64,000 nucleotides of DNA from Myxococcales bacterium (GTDB lineage Bacteria; Myxococcota_A; Polyangia; Polyangiales; Polyangiaceae). This document shows, piece by piece, positions 28,887-37,691 of the stretch. Where the stretch lies: contig JAYTOU010000053.1 of NCBI GenBank assembly GCA_043747615.1, positions 32,001 to 96,000 on the forward strand, in the 5' to 3' direction. Both the position numbers and the translations under genes were made by a program. Positions within the stretch are counted from its first letter, which is position 1. Every line of letters begins with the position of its first letter. The notes under the pieces are model-generated. The model saw only the letters and a list, made by a program, of their open reading frames with translations. It was not told the origin of the DNA and made no database searches.

Positions 28887-29939
28887 CTAGAGAAGGACGT
28901 CGATCACGTCGCCGTCGCCCCACATGTAGTGCCATGCGGCGGGGCGCGTGAGGCTGGCATGCTTCGGGTGATCGACCGGAAGCTGTACCTGAAATGGTTT
29001 CACTTCTCGCGGTACGAATCCAGATGCGAGAAGGCAAAGCTCCTTCCACCGGGAGGGCACATGAATCTGAATGCTCACCGTTGCGTCCCGTTTGCACGAG
29101 TGAAGAAGCGCCCGTAGCACCCGTCCGAACGACGCCGACGGGCAGGTGATGTCTACCACCGCCACATGCCCGTTCAGACGCTCCAGTGCCGCGCAGCCGA
29201 TCGGCCGACCGTTGTCGGTGACGATGACGCCGCGCTGAGGACAAGCGATCCTGAAACGCCACGCGTACTGGGCCGCATCGTTGATCGGCACCACGTCATG
29301 GGCGACGGCAGGGTCCATCGCAGCGGCGCGCCAAACCTCATCGACACGCGGGTCGGGCGCCTCCCCGAGGAGCTCCACGTGAAGGCGTGAGGAACGCGGG
29401 CCGAGGATCGAGTCGAGCGCGTCTGTCAGAAAGCCGGGGAGCACGCGACGGACCGAACCGCGCGTCTTCAAGGGACGCACGAAGCGCCTCACTCCACCGA
29501 TGATGAGCGCGCCGGACTGCAGGAGCGCACGAAGGTTGTTCGGTTCCGGGGGTCCGAACATGAACGACAGACCGTCGTTCATCTCGGCGTGCGCTCTCTG
29601 ATGAAGCAAGGTCACGATCCCTCGTCGCCGAAATGCGGGGGTCACGTAGCCGTCGCCGCCGATGGCACCGATGGCTCGCACTCCGTCTACTTGCACCACG
29701 CGCGGAAAGAGCGACGTGATGCCCACCGCCGCCCCTGTGTTCTTTGCACGGGCAACGTAGGTACGCGCGGCACCGGAAGGGTTCTTTAGGTACAGCCAAT
29801 CGTAGCGGACGTCGGCGTCGGGGTTTCCCGGCGTGGACGCAAAGTACTCGCGCAAGAGCGCCAGCGCCTGAGCCCGATCTTCCAGGTTGGCGTGGTCGAG
29901 CCTGCGAATCTCATAGGCGTCTGCCGGTCGTTCGCTCAT
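28887..29939 (-). CDS. GNAT-family N-acetyltransferase
   Basis: DWLYLKNPSG; VTPAFRRRGI acetyl-CoA motif A; ATGA overlap with the GMC gene. Confidence 0.8.
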   Translation of the reverse strand: MSERPADAYEIRRLDHANLEDRAQALALLREYFASTPGNPDADVRYDWLYLKNPSGAARTYVARAKNTGAAVGITSLFPRVVQVDGVRAIGAIGGDGYVTPAFRRRGIVTLLHQRAHAEMNDGLSFMFGPPEPNNLRALLQSGALIIGGVRRFVRPLKTRGSVRRVLPGFLTDALDSILGPRSSRLHVELLGEAPDPRVDEVWRAAAMDPAVAHDVVPINDAAQYAWRFRIACPQRGVIVTDNGRPIGCAALERLNGHVAVVDITCPSASFGRVLRALLHSCKRDATVSIQIHVPSRWKELCLLASGFVPREVKPFQVQLPVDHPKHASLTRPAAWHYMWGDGDVIDVLL

Positions 29940-31528
29940 GCCACCCGCGAGCGCTGGGCTGCACTCGAGATCCGAACGGCGGCCAAGCGCGCGATCGCCA
30001 TGATCGTGTGCTGCGGATTCACGCCGAGGTTCGTGGGGAAGATGCTCGAGTCGATCACGTAAAGATTCTTAGCTACATGTGTCGAAAAATCGAGGCCGAC
30101 GACGCTGCTTCGCTTTTCCGGACCCATGCGCGCGGCTCCGAAAAGATGCGAGGCGATGAGCGAGTAGGCGCGCGGATCGAGTGAGGCTTCGCGAATGTGC
30201 TTCACGTCGTCGATGGATGTGAGAACGCTCGGGACACCGTAAATTCCAGGCCAGACCTCGCGTGCGCCGGCGTGGAAGAACATCTCCGCTAGGAGCGCGG
30301 AGCCGAAGCGGATGTTGCTCACGTCGTTCTCGGTCAGCGTCATCTTGACGAGATCGTCCCCGCCCCAGCCCGGCGCTACCGTGCCCTCCGCCTCTGCGCG
30401 GATCTGGACGGCCCAGGCAGCGACCTTCCGGTATTGCGCGAGGCGCTCGATGAGCTCCCGACCAACGCCGGGGATGCGCGCAGCAGCGAGCTCCGGAGGC
30501 ATGGAGATCGTTTCCAGCTTGAAGCGCTTCGATGTTCGGAAGTGCGTGCTCTCGGCGCCCTGCGTCGCGCCGAAGTCCATCGCGATCTCTTTGTCGAACA
30601 GAGCGGTGAGGCCAAGCGCCGGATGAGCCTGGAAATGCTTTCCGACCGCGCCGCCGCGGATGCCGCTTCGATGGAGAATGTTGGGCGTTTGGATGGTGCT
30701 CGCCGCGACGAAGACCCCGTGCTTCGCTGAGACTCGGACGACGTGGTTCGACTTTCGACCGAACCCCAGGGCTGGCCGAGCGAGGACGCCGACCGCGCGC
30801 CCGTTTTTAATGTCGATTTTTTCGACGCGGCACGAAGTAAAAATGCGCGCGCCGCGGCGAAGAGCCATGGGCACGTAGGTCACGCTCATGCCTTGTTTCG
30901 CTGCGTGCGGGCACCCGGTAAGGCAGCGCCCCGAGCCCTGGCAGCCCTTCTCGTAGCGGCGCATGGCGTGACCCGCTATCCCCCGGTTGCCCGCCTCGGT
31001 GATGAAATCGCGGTTGTTCGCTCCGAGCACCGAGTCGTCGACAGCGTGGACGTTGAGGTCTTTCTCCAGAGCCTCGAAGTGCGGCTCGAGCTCGCGCGTG
31101 CTGATCGTCTCGCCGAGACCGAAGCGCGCGCTCCAGTCGTCGAGGACGTCCTCCGGCGTGCGCCAGGCAATAGCGGAATTGACGACCGTGCTCCCGCCGA
31201 CGCACCTGGCTTGAAGGAGGGGCACGAAGCTCCGCCCCTCGATGGCCTGGGTCGCGCCATTGCGCATCAGCTTCGTGAAGGCGCTGGACACGTCTTGTCC
31301 GAAGTCACGCGTCTTGACCCACGGGCCTTCTTCGACGGTCGCCACGGAAAATCCAGCTTCGGCGAGGGTGTGGGCGGCGACGGCTCCAGCAGCACCCGAG
31401 CCGACCACGACGAAATCGAATGACTCGTGAATGCTGTTGGTCAGCGCTTCGCCGTTGACGACGGAGCCTTCGGGGAGATCTTCGTCGGGGTAAACGTGAT
31501 GCTCGTGGTCATGCTGTTTTTCGTTCAT
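29936..31528 (-). CDS. GMC-family FAD oxidoreductase
   Basis: VVGSGAAG, VGGSTVVN, CQGSGRCLTGC, SHLFGAARMG, DSSIFPTNLGVNP. Confidence 0.9.
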   Translation of the reverse strand: MNEKQHDHEHHVYPDEDLPEGSVVNGEALTNSIHESFDFVVVGSGAAGAVAAHTLAEAGFSVATVEEGPWVKTRDFGQDVSSAFTKLMRNGATQAIEGRSFVPLLQARCVGGSTVVNSAIAWRTPEDVLDDWSARFGLGETISTRELEPHFEALEKDLNVHAVDDSVLGANNRDFITEAGNRGIAGHAMRRYEKGCQGSGRCLTGCPHAAKQGMSVTYVPMALRRGARIFTSCRVEKIDIKNGRAVGVLARPALGFGRKSNHVVRVSAKHGVFVAASTIQTPNILHRSGIRGGAVGKHFQAHPALGLTALFDKEIAMDFGATQGAESTHFRTSKRFKLETISMPPELAAARIPGVGRELIERLAQYRKVAAWAVQIRAEAEGTVAPGWGGDDLVKMTLTENDVSNIRFGSALLAEMFFHAGAREVWPGIYGVPSVLTSIDDVKHIREASLDPRAYSLIASHLFGAARMGPEKRSSVVGLDFSTHVAKNLYVIDSSIFPTNLGVNPQHTIMAIARLAAVRISSAAQRSRVA

Positions 31529-31973
31529 GGGATCCTTTGCCAAGGCCAAGCCTGATGAGCGGGCGGGCTTGCGGTACGCCGAGGGCCTCGGCCGGGGGTG
31601 GAATCATGATCCTTCGGACTGCGGGCGCCCCTGCGTAGAGGAGTGCGCCGATCGCCTTGAGGAGCATCGTGAGCTGCCGCACGAAGAAGATCGGACTCCC
31701 CAGGAGCGAGCCGACCACGAGCTCGCGCGACGCTTGATCGAGCCCGGCGATGGTGCGGAACTTTCCGATGACGAAGAGCGGAGCGAAGGCCACGATCCAG
31801 ATCGCTGCGCGAATGCCGAGCGCCGATTTGAAGGACGTCGCGCTTCGCACTTCACTCACGAACGCCTCTACGTCGAGATCGCAGATGCCGATCTTCGCGG
31901 GCCCACTCGCGGGGAAAATGGCTCCGAAAGCGCCACGTGCCCAGCGCGACTCGAGCTTGGTAAGTGTCCTCAT
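31509..31973 (-). CDS. Hypothetical protein, probable small partner subunit of the GMC oxidoreductase
   Basis: ATG 31973 just after the regulator stop; overlaps the GMC start; helical. Partner role inferred from position only. Confidence 0.65.
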   Translation of the reverse strand: MRTLTKLESRWARGAFGAIFPASGPAKIGICDLDVEAFVSEVRSATSFKSALGIRAAIWIVAFAPLFVIGKFRTIAGLDQASRELVVGSLLGSPIFFVRQLTMLLKAIGALLYAGAPAVRRIMIPPPAEALGVPQARPLIRLGLGKGSHERKTA

Positions 31974-31980
31974 CGCCCCG

Positions 31981-32838
31981 TTACCCCTTTTTTTTGCTCG
32001 TTGCCTTCTTCGTCGGCGTTTTCTCGCTCGGCTTCGCGCGCCCGCCTGCACGATGGGCGCTGGCGCCAAAATGACGCTTTCGCCACTCGACGTCGTTCGC
32101 TTCGAGCATCGTGCGCACGAGCTCCCGCGCACGAGCCGGGTCTCCCGCTCGCACGAGGCCCATCAGCAGCGGATACAAGTGCAGCGCGTCCTCGCAACGG
32201 TCGTAGAGAGCGCCGACGAGGAGCGGCAGATCGTCGGGGAAGCGCGCGAAGGTATTGAGGAGGAGCTCGAGCCCGACGTTGCGCGCGGCGCGGACCAGCG
32301 CGCGTTGAAACGCGATCTCTCCGCGGGCGAAGGCGAGCGGATCGTGGACCCTCGCCGCCTGCTCGTCGGCGCGCGCCTTCATGGCGCGGAGATCAGCTTC
32401 GGTGTGGCGCTCTGCGGCCAGAGCCACGGCTTCAGACGCAAGAATTCGGCGCACCTCGAGCATTGACGTGAGGAGCTCGACCCACGAGGGCTCGGCGGGA
32501 TTGCTCGAGCCGAGGAGAGAAGCAAGGGCGTCGAGCCCCGCGCGCTCCCGCCACGACGCCACGATCGTTGGCGAACCGTGCCGGGTGACGACGAGACCAA
32601 GGGCCTCGAGACGGGCGAGCGCCGAGCGCAGGGTGAGGCGGTTCACCCCGAGCGCCAGGGAGAACTCACGCTCCGAGGGCAAACGCGACCCGGCTACGAT
32701 GCGCCCCGCCAGAATTTCACCCCGCAAGCGGTCGGCAACAGCGTCGACCACGCTCGATCGCGCGATCGGACCGATGGCGGCGAGGGTCGTAAGAGGTTCG
32801 GGAGGGGTGGCCGGTTGGGCTTTGGGTCGCTTGTTCAC
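31981..32838 (-). CDS. GntR family, FadR subfamily transcriptional regulator
   Basis: RLPSERE...LGVNRLTLRSAL..L...GLV wHTH; FCD-like C-domain. Confidence 0.9.
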   Translation of the reverse strand: MNKRPKAQPATPPEPLTTLAAIGPIARSSVVDAVADRLRGEILAGRIVAGSRLPSEREFSLALGVNRLTLRSALARLEALGLVVTRHGSPTIVASWRERAGLDALASLLGSSNPAEPSWVELLTSMLEVRRILASEAVALAAERHTEADLRAMKARADEQAARVHDPLAFARGEIAFQRALVRAARNVGLELLLNTFARFPDDLPLLVGALYDRCEDALHLYPLLMGLVRAGDPARARELVRTMLEANDVEWRKRHFGASAHRAGGRAKPSEKTPTKKATSKKKG

Positions 32839-32852
32839 TGGTCCAACCAGTT
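32836..32852. promoter_or_regulatory. Candidate FadR-type operator overlapping the regulator's start codon
   Basis: CACTGGTCCAACCAGTT, an imperfect palindrome (ACTGGT-CCA-ACCAGT) close to the E. coli FadR consensus AACTGGTCnGACCAGTT. Confidence 0.7.
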
Positions 32853-32921
32853 AATCACTTTGCCTCTCACTGCGCAAGGGCTTTCGCGCAAAACGTCCTT
32901 CGCACGTAGTAGCGTATGGGT

Positions 32922-33953
32922 ATGATCGACTTGCGGAGCGACACCCTCACGCGCCCCACGCCCGCGATGCGTCAGGCGATCGCAAATGCCGAGGTGGGCG
33001 ACGACGTGTTCGAAGAGGATCCCTCCGTGCGCGCACTGGAGGACGAGGTCGCAGCGCTTCTTGGCAAGGAGGCCGCGCTCTTCGTGTCGTCGGGAACGAT
33101 GGGCAACCAGCTCGCGATTCGCTGCCAGACGCGACCGGGCGACGAGGTCATCGTCGGTGAAGGCGCGCATTTCGTCTGGTACGAGTGCGGCGCGGGGGCC
33201 GTCCTCAGCGGCGTGCAATTCGCCGTGGCCGGCTCCGGAGGACTCTACACGGCCGAAGACATGATCGAAGCGGTCAAGCCAAAGGCTTACTACTACCCGC
33301 GGAGCTCACTCGTGTGCGTCGAGAATACGCACAACCGCGGTGGCGGAAGGGTCTTCCCGCAGGCCGAAATCGTGCGCATCGGACGCGCGGCGCGTGACCG
33401 CGGGCTGGCGTTTCACCTCGATGCTGCGCGCATCTGGAACGCGAGCGTTGCGAGCGGATTGTCGGTGGGCGAGCTCGCCGGTCCGTTCGACACGGTGAGC
33501 GTCTGCTTTTCGAAAGGGCTCGGAGCACCGATAGGGAGCGCGCTCGCCGGCACGCGTGCGCTCATCGGGGACGCTCGGCGCCTCCGAAAGATGTGGGGCG
33601 GCGGGACGCGGCAAGCGGGCGTGCTCGCAGCAGCGGCGTCCTACGCACTCGCTCATCATCGCGAACGGCTGGCAGACGACCATGCGAACGCCAAGGTGTT
33701 CGCCGGGATCCTCGCAGAGACACCGCACGCGCACGTAGACCTCGCGAACGTGGAGACGAACATCGTCAACGTCGAGCTCGATGCGCCGCTCACTGCTGAG
33801 GAGGTGGCCGACAAAGCCCGCGGCCTCGGCGTGGCGCTCAACGCATCCGGACCTCGCCGCCTCCGTGCGGTCACTCACCTCGACGTCACGCGTGCAGACG
33901 TAGAGAAAGGCGCACGGATCCTGGCGAGCGCGATCCACGCCTGCGCGCGCTGA
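32922..33953 (+). CDS. ltaE: Low-specificity L-threonine aldolase
   Basis: IDLRSDT, VGDDVFEEDP, SGTMGNQ, ENTHN, HLDAARIWNA, CFSKGLGAPIGS (PLP Lys). Alternative start 32916. Confidence 0.92.
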   Translation: MIDLRSDTLTRPTPAMRQAIANAEVGDDVFEEDPSVRALEDEVAALLGKEAALFVSSGTMGNQLAIRCQTRPGDEVIVGEGAHFVWYECGAGAVLSGVQFAVAGSGGLYTAEDMIEAVKPKAYYYPRSSLVCVENTHNRGGGRVFPQAEIVRIGRAARDRGLAFHLDAARIWNASVASGLSVGELAGPFDTVSVCFSKGLGAPIGSALAGTRALIGDARRLRKMWGGGTRQAGVLAAAASYALAHHRERLADDHANAKVFAGILAETPHAHVDLANVETNIVNVELDAPLTAEEVADKARGLGVALNASGPRRLRAVTHLDVTRADVEKGARILASAIHACAR

Positions 33954-33962
33954 AGGCTGCTC

Positions 33963-35057
33963 TTGAACCGCGCCGCGCTCGCCTTCTTGATCTGCACGCC
34001 GCTCGCGTGCGGCGCCAGCGCCCATGGGGCGTACACGCAGACCTTCGCGGAGGGCGAGCGTGCCGAGACGGCGGGGCGATTTGCCGAGGCCTCCGTTCAT
34101 TACGACGACGCTGCCAAAGCTGCTCCCAACGCGCGCGAACGCGACCACGCTTCGTACGCCGCGGCAAAAATGCTTCTCCAGGCAGGCGACCTCGCAGCGG
34201 CAGCTCCCCGTCTCGAGGCGATCGCTTCGGCGACGCCGCCGGGCGAGCACGCGGCCCTCGCCTACTACGACCTCACCGAGTTCAAGATGAGGCATGGCAG
34301 GGAAGCAGAGGCGTGGGTGGCCCTCGAGCGCATGGTCGTCGCCTATCCTGCGAGCGCGCTTGCGCGGCGGGCGCTCCATCGCGTCATCACCCACAAAGAC
34401 GAGACCGAGGGGCTCAAGGCTTCACTCGCGTACATCGATTCACGCAGCGCGACGCTCGGAAAATCGGATCTCGCCGAGACCTTGGCCTACGAGCGCGCTC
34501 TTCATCTCGAGCAGCTCGGAGACCACGCAGCTGCACGCGCGGCGTTCATCGCCGTGGCCGAAAAATGGCCGTATCCGCTCGGTGCACTGCGCGACGATTC
34601 TCTCTTTCACGCGAGCGAGATCGACGAGGCGCTCGGGCACTTTCCGGAGGCGATCTCGGATCTCGAGGCGATGCTCCGAGATCGCGAGAAAGCGAGCACG
34701 ATTGGGACTTACCAGCGGCCTCGCTACACGCCGGCTCAGTGGAGGATCGCAATCCTCTATCGCGACCAGCTCCACGATCGTTCGCGCGCCCGCGAAGCGT
34801 TTCACTTTCTTTACACCGACTTCACCACCGCGCTTCAGCGGGACGATGCGCTTTGGGAAGAGGCGTCGCTTTGGGCGGAAGACAACGACAAGACCACGGC
34901 GTGCTCGCGGCTCGCCACCCTCACGCACGCGTTCCCTGACTCGCGCTACGTGCCCTGCGCCATCGAAGACTGCTCGGCGATCCAGCGCGGGTCAGGCAGC
35001 CACGCTCCGAAGACTTGCCACGCGTACCTCCGCGCTCACCCGCGCGACCCGCGCTGA
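33963..35057 (+). CDS. TPR-repeat lipoprotein
   Basis: Lipobox PLAC; repeated Ala-rich helices with YPxS/FPDS turns; TTG start. Confidence 0.75.
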   Translation: MNRAALAFLICTPLACGASAHGAYTQTFAEGERAETAGRFAEASVHYDDAAKAAPNARERDHASYAAAKMLLQAGDLAAAAPRLEAIASATPPGEHAALAYYDLTEFKMRHGREAEAWVALERMVVAYPASALARRALHRVITHKDETEGLKASLAYIDSRSATLGKSDLAETLAYERALHLEQLGDHAAARAAFIAVAEKWPYPLGALRDDSLFHASEIDEALGHFPEAISDLEAMLRDREKASTIGTYQRPRYTPAQWRIAILYRDQLHDRSRAREAFHFLYTDFTTALQRDDALWEEASLWAEDNDKTTACSRLATLTHAFPDSRYVPCAIEDCSAIQRGSGSHAPKTCHAYLRAHPRDPR

Positions 35058-35058
35058 A

Positions 35059-35469
35059 TCAGACCTCTTCTTCTTCTTCTTCGGTCTCTTCTTCGGCGTC
35101 GTCTTCGTCGTCTTCTTCTTCTTCGAACTCCTCGACTTCTTCTTTGGTCTCTTCCTCTTCGTCCTCTTCGCCGGCGACGGCGGCGGGGCCCTTCTTGTCG
35201 TACTTGATGTCGATCCCGACATCGCCGAGCTGCGTGTCCATCAGCTCGAAGAGCTCTTCCACGTCATCGCCGGACCACTCGTCGAGCATGTCGGTGAGGA
35301 ACTCGAAGAAGTCTCCACTGTCGAGGCGTCGCTCGATCTCTTCTACCTGCTCCTCACTGAAAGCCTCGAGCAGGTCCTCGCGAAGCGTTTCCGTATCGCC
35401 CTCTTCGATGGCGTCCTGTGCTGAGAGTCGAATCTGCCGGACGGCGCGTTTGTCGAGGTGGATTTCCAT
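35059..35469 (-). CDS. Highly acidic hypothetical protein
   Basis: ATG 35469 (MEIHLDKRAVRQ); Glu/Asp-dominated with a poly-Glu tail. Confidence 0.75.
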   Translation of the reverse strand: MEIHLDKRAVRQIRLSAQDAIEEGDTETLREDLLEAFSEEQVEEIERRLDSGDFFEFLTDMLDEWSGDDVEELFELMDTQLGDVGIDIKYDKKGPAAVAGEEDEEEETKEEVEEFEEEEDDEDDAEEETEEEEEEV

Positions 35470-35542
35470 CTTGGTGGACGCGAATACGCCACGGCATCGC
35501 ACGCTGTCAATAACGTGAGAGGAGGGTTATCGTGGCGGACCG

Positions 35543-36193
35543 ATGTTTCGCCAGCGCGAGCGATGGAACGTGGCCGCCTTTGTGATTGGGACGATGTCTC
35601 TTTTTTGGGGATCGCCAGCGCGAGCGGACCAGGAGCCGCGACCGGGCGCCGCCCCTGCCCCGCCCCCCACGAACGTTCCGTACTGGCAGTACGGTGTGTC
35701 GCTGGTGAGCGAGGGGGTGATCGACTCGGGGGCCATTTGCGCGAGCACGAGGCAACCGTGCATCTTCGGATCGGGCGCCGGCGTCGCCGTCCGCCTCGGC
35801 GTGCGCACTGCGGGCCCTTGGTATTTTGGCGGCGCCTACGAGCTGTCGAAGCAGGATCCGAACAATCTTTATCGCCTCGCCATCCTCCAGCAGATTCGCG
35901 CCGAGGCCCGCTACTACCTCGACACCGGGCGCGACGTACAACCCGTCGCTCACGCCGGCGGGGGCATCGCCGGTTATGGAAACGAGTGGACGGTCGACAC
36001 AGGTGGTCCGATGGCCTTTCTGGGGGCCGGCCTCGAAGTGCAGATTTCGAGGCGCCTCGTCTTCGGCGCAGCCGTCTCCTACCGCGCGATTTATTTCAAC
36101 GGCTTCACCGACTCGAGCCGCGCCTCGCGCGACGGCGGGTTCGCGTCCCTCATTGGGCTCGATCTCGTTCTCGAGAACCGCGATCCCCTTTGA
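35543..36193 (+). CDS. Small outer-membrane beta-barrel-like protein
   Basis: Signal peptide ending ARA-D; alternating strands (WYFGGAYEL, AEARYYL, FLGAGLEV, GAAVSYR). Confidence 0.7.
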   Translation: MFRQRERWNVAAFVIGTMSLFWGSPARADQEPRPGAAPAPPPTNVPYWQYGVSLVSEGVIDSGAICASTRQPCIFGSGAGVAVRLGVRTAGPWYFGGAYELSKQDPNNLYRLAILQQIRAEARYYLDTGRDVQPVAHAGGGIAGYGNEWTVDTGGPMAFLGAGLEVQISRRLVFGAAVSYRAIYFNGFTDSSRASRDGGFASLIGLDLVLENRDPL

Positions 36194-36248
36194 GCGCGAG
36201 AAGTAAGAATACGCTCTTGACGGAAGGGCTCGGGCTGATGTCCCATCG

Positions 36249-37691
36249 GTGCGCGTGACATGCGGAACGTGCGGACGCGATAACCCTTCGCACCTTGTCT
36301 TCTGCCAAGACTGCGGCGCACGCCTCGGTCCGCGGATTGCGCCTCCCACGCCGCCCATCGGCATGGTTCAGCGCGGCGGGGTGACTTCGGATGGCAACGA
36401 CGCCGAGACACTCGACGACGTCAGCCCAAGCTCCGGGCGTCCTTCGCAGCCAGATTTCCTTCGCAAGCCGCGACCCTCGGCGCCCGATTTTCAGTTCACC
36501 CCGCGCCCCCCCGAAGCCGCCGAGACGAAGTCTACGAGCAAGATCCGGTGTTCGAATTGCGGTGCGATGAACGCGCTCGGCGTTCAGTACTGCGGCACCT
36601 GTGGGCAAGCGGTCGGTGCGAGCAGGTCTGCGTCGTCGGGTTCGCCGCCAGCGCCGTCGTCGCCAGCCCCGAAAGCCGTTCTCGCAGCACCAGCGCTCGA
36701 TCCCATGGCACGTATCGCGCCTTCGCCGGTGCTCGACATCGGCGGAAAAACCCGCCCGGCAGCGGCGATTCGGGTTTGTAGCCGGTGCCGCGGCTCGAGC
36801 GATGCCGCTTCGCAGTTCTGTAAATTCTGCGGCGCGGCTCTTAGCGAGCCCGCGATGCTGTCCCACGGCCCAGCGTCTACGTCACCGCCGCCGCGCCCTC
36901 CGTCCGTAGCCATCGCTCCCCCGCCCGTCGCGCCTCCCGTCGTCGCGCCTCCCGTCGTCGCCTCGCCCGCCGTGAAAGAGCGCGGGCGGCTCGTGGCCAT
37001 CGCCAAGGACGGCGGTGAGGGGGCAAGCTATCCCATTGGCGATCAGCTCGATATCGGACGCTCCGAAGGCCAAGTCGTCATCGCCGACGATCGCTACCTC
37101 TCGCCGCGCCACGCGCGCCTCGCCTGGAGGGGAGACTCGCTCCATCTCCGCGATCTCGGTACGATGAACGGGATTTTTCTGCGAATTCCCGCAAACCCTG
37201 CTCCCCCCGCGGGCAGCAATGAGGAAGCCCCGGCCGACCCGCCCGCGACCGAGGTACCTCTGAAGGACCAAGATTTGATCTTGATGGGACAACAGGTGAT
37301 AAGGTTTGAGGTCGTGAGGGACGCGGAAGAAGGGTTTGGGCCCGCCCTGCAGCATGGGACCCTGCTGTTTGGCACCCCGGTCGCACCGCGATACGCGCGC
37401 CTGTGCCAAAAGACCGTCGAAGGTGTGACCCGCGACGTCTTTCATGTACGCAAGCAAGACACCGTGCTCGGCCGAGAATCAGGTGACATCGTCTTCACAG
37501 AAGATCCGTTCTTGTCGCGCCGCCACGCAGTGATCCGAATGGATGCCACAAAAAAGACTTTCACAATCTCGGACTTCGGCTCGTCGAACGGTACGTTCCT
37601 GCAGATCCGAGGCGAGGTTGCCCTCAAAGCGGGAGACGAATTTCGGGTAGGTCAACAGCTGTTCCGCATCGACCTCAGGACCCTCTCGTGA
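36249..37691 (+). CDS. Zinc-ribbon and double-FHA domain protein
   Basis: Three CxxC-x10-CxxC ribbons; FHA motifs IGR...SPRHA...NG and LGR...SRRHA...SSNGTF. Confidence 0.9.
   Translation: MRVTCGTCGRDNPSHLVFCQDCGARLGPRIAPPTPPIGMVQRGGVTSDGNDAETLDDVSPSSGRPSQPDFLRKPRPSAPDFQFTPRPPEAAETKSTSKIRCSNCGAMNALGVQYCGTCGQAVGASRSASSGSPPAPSSPAPKAVLAAPALDPMARIAPSPVLDIGGKTRPAAAIRVCSRCRGSSDAASQFCKFCGAALSEPAMLSHGPASTSPPPRPPSVAIAPPPVAPPVVAPPVVASPAVKERGRLVAIAKDGGEGASYPIGDQLDIGRSEGQVVIADDRYLSPRHARLAWRGDSLHLRDLGTMNGIFLRIPANPAPPAGSNEEAPADPPATEVPLKDQDLILMGQQVIRFEVVRDAEEGFGPALQHGTLLFGTPVAPRYARLCQKTVEGVTRDVFHVRKQDTVLGRESGDIVFTEDPFLSRRHAVIRMDATKKTFTISDFGSSNGTFLQIRGEVALKAGDEFRVGQQLFRIDLRTLS

Noticed and set aside
36880..36972. 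Short repeats in the FHA gene
   Set aside because: Encode a Pro/Val/Ala low-complexity linker (PPVVA); not a DNA element.
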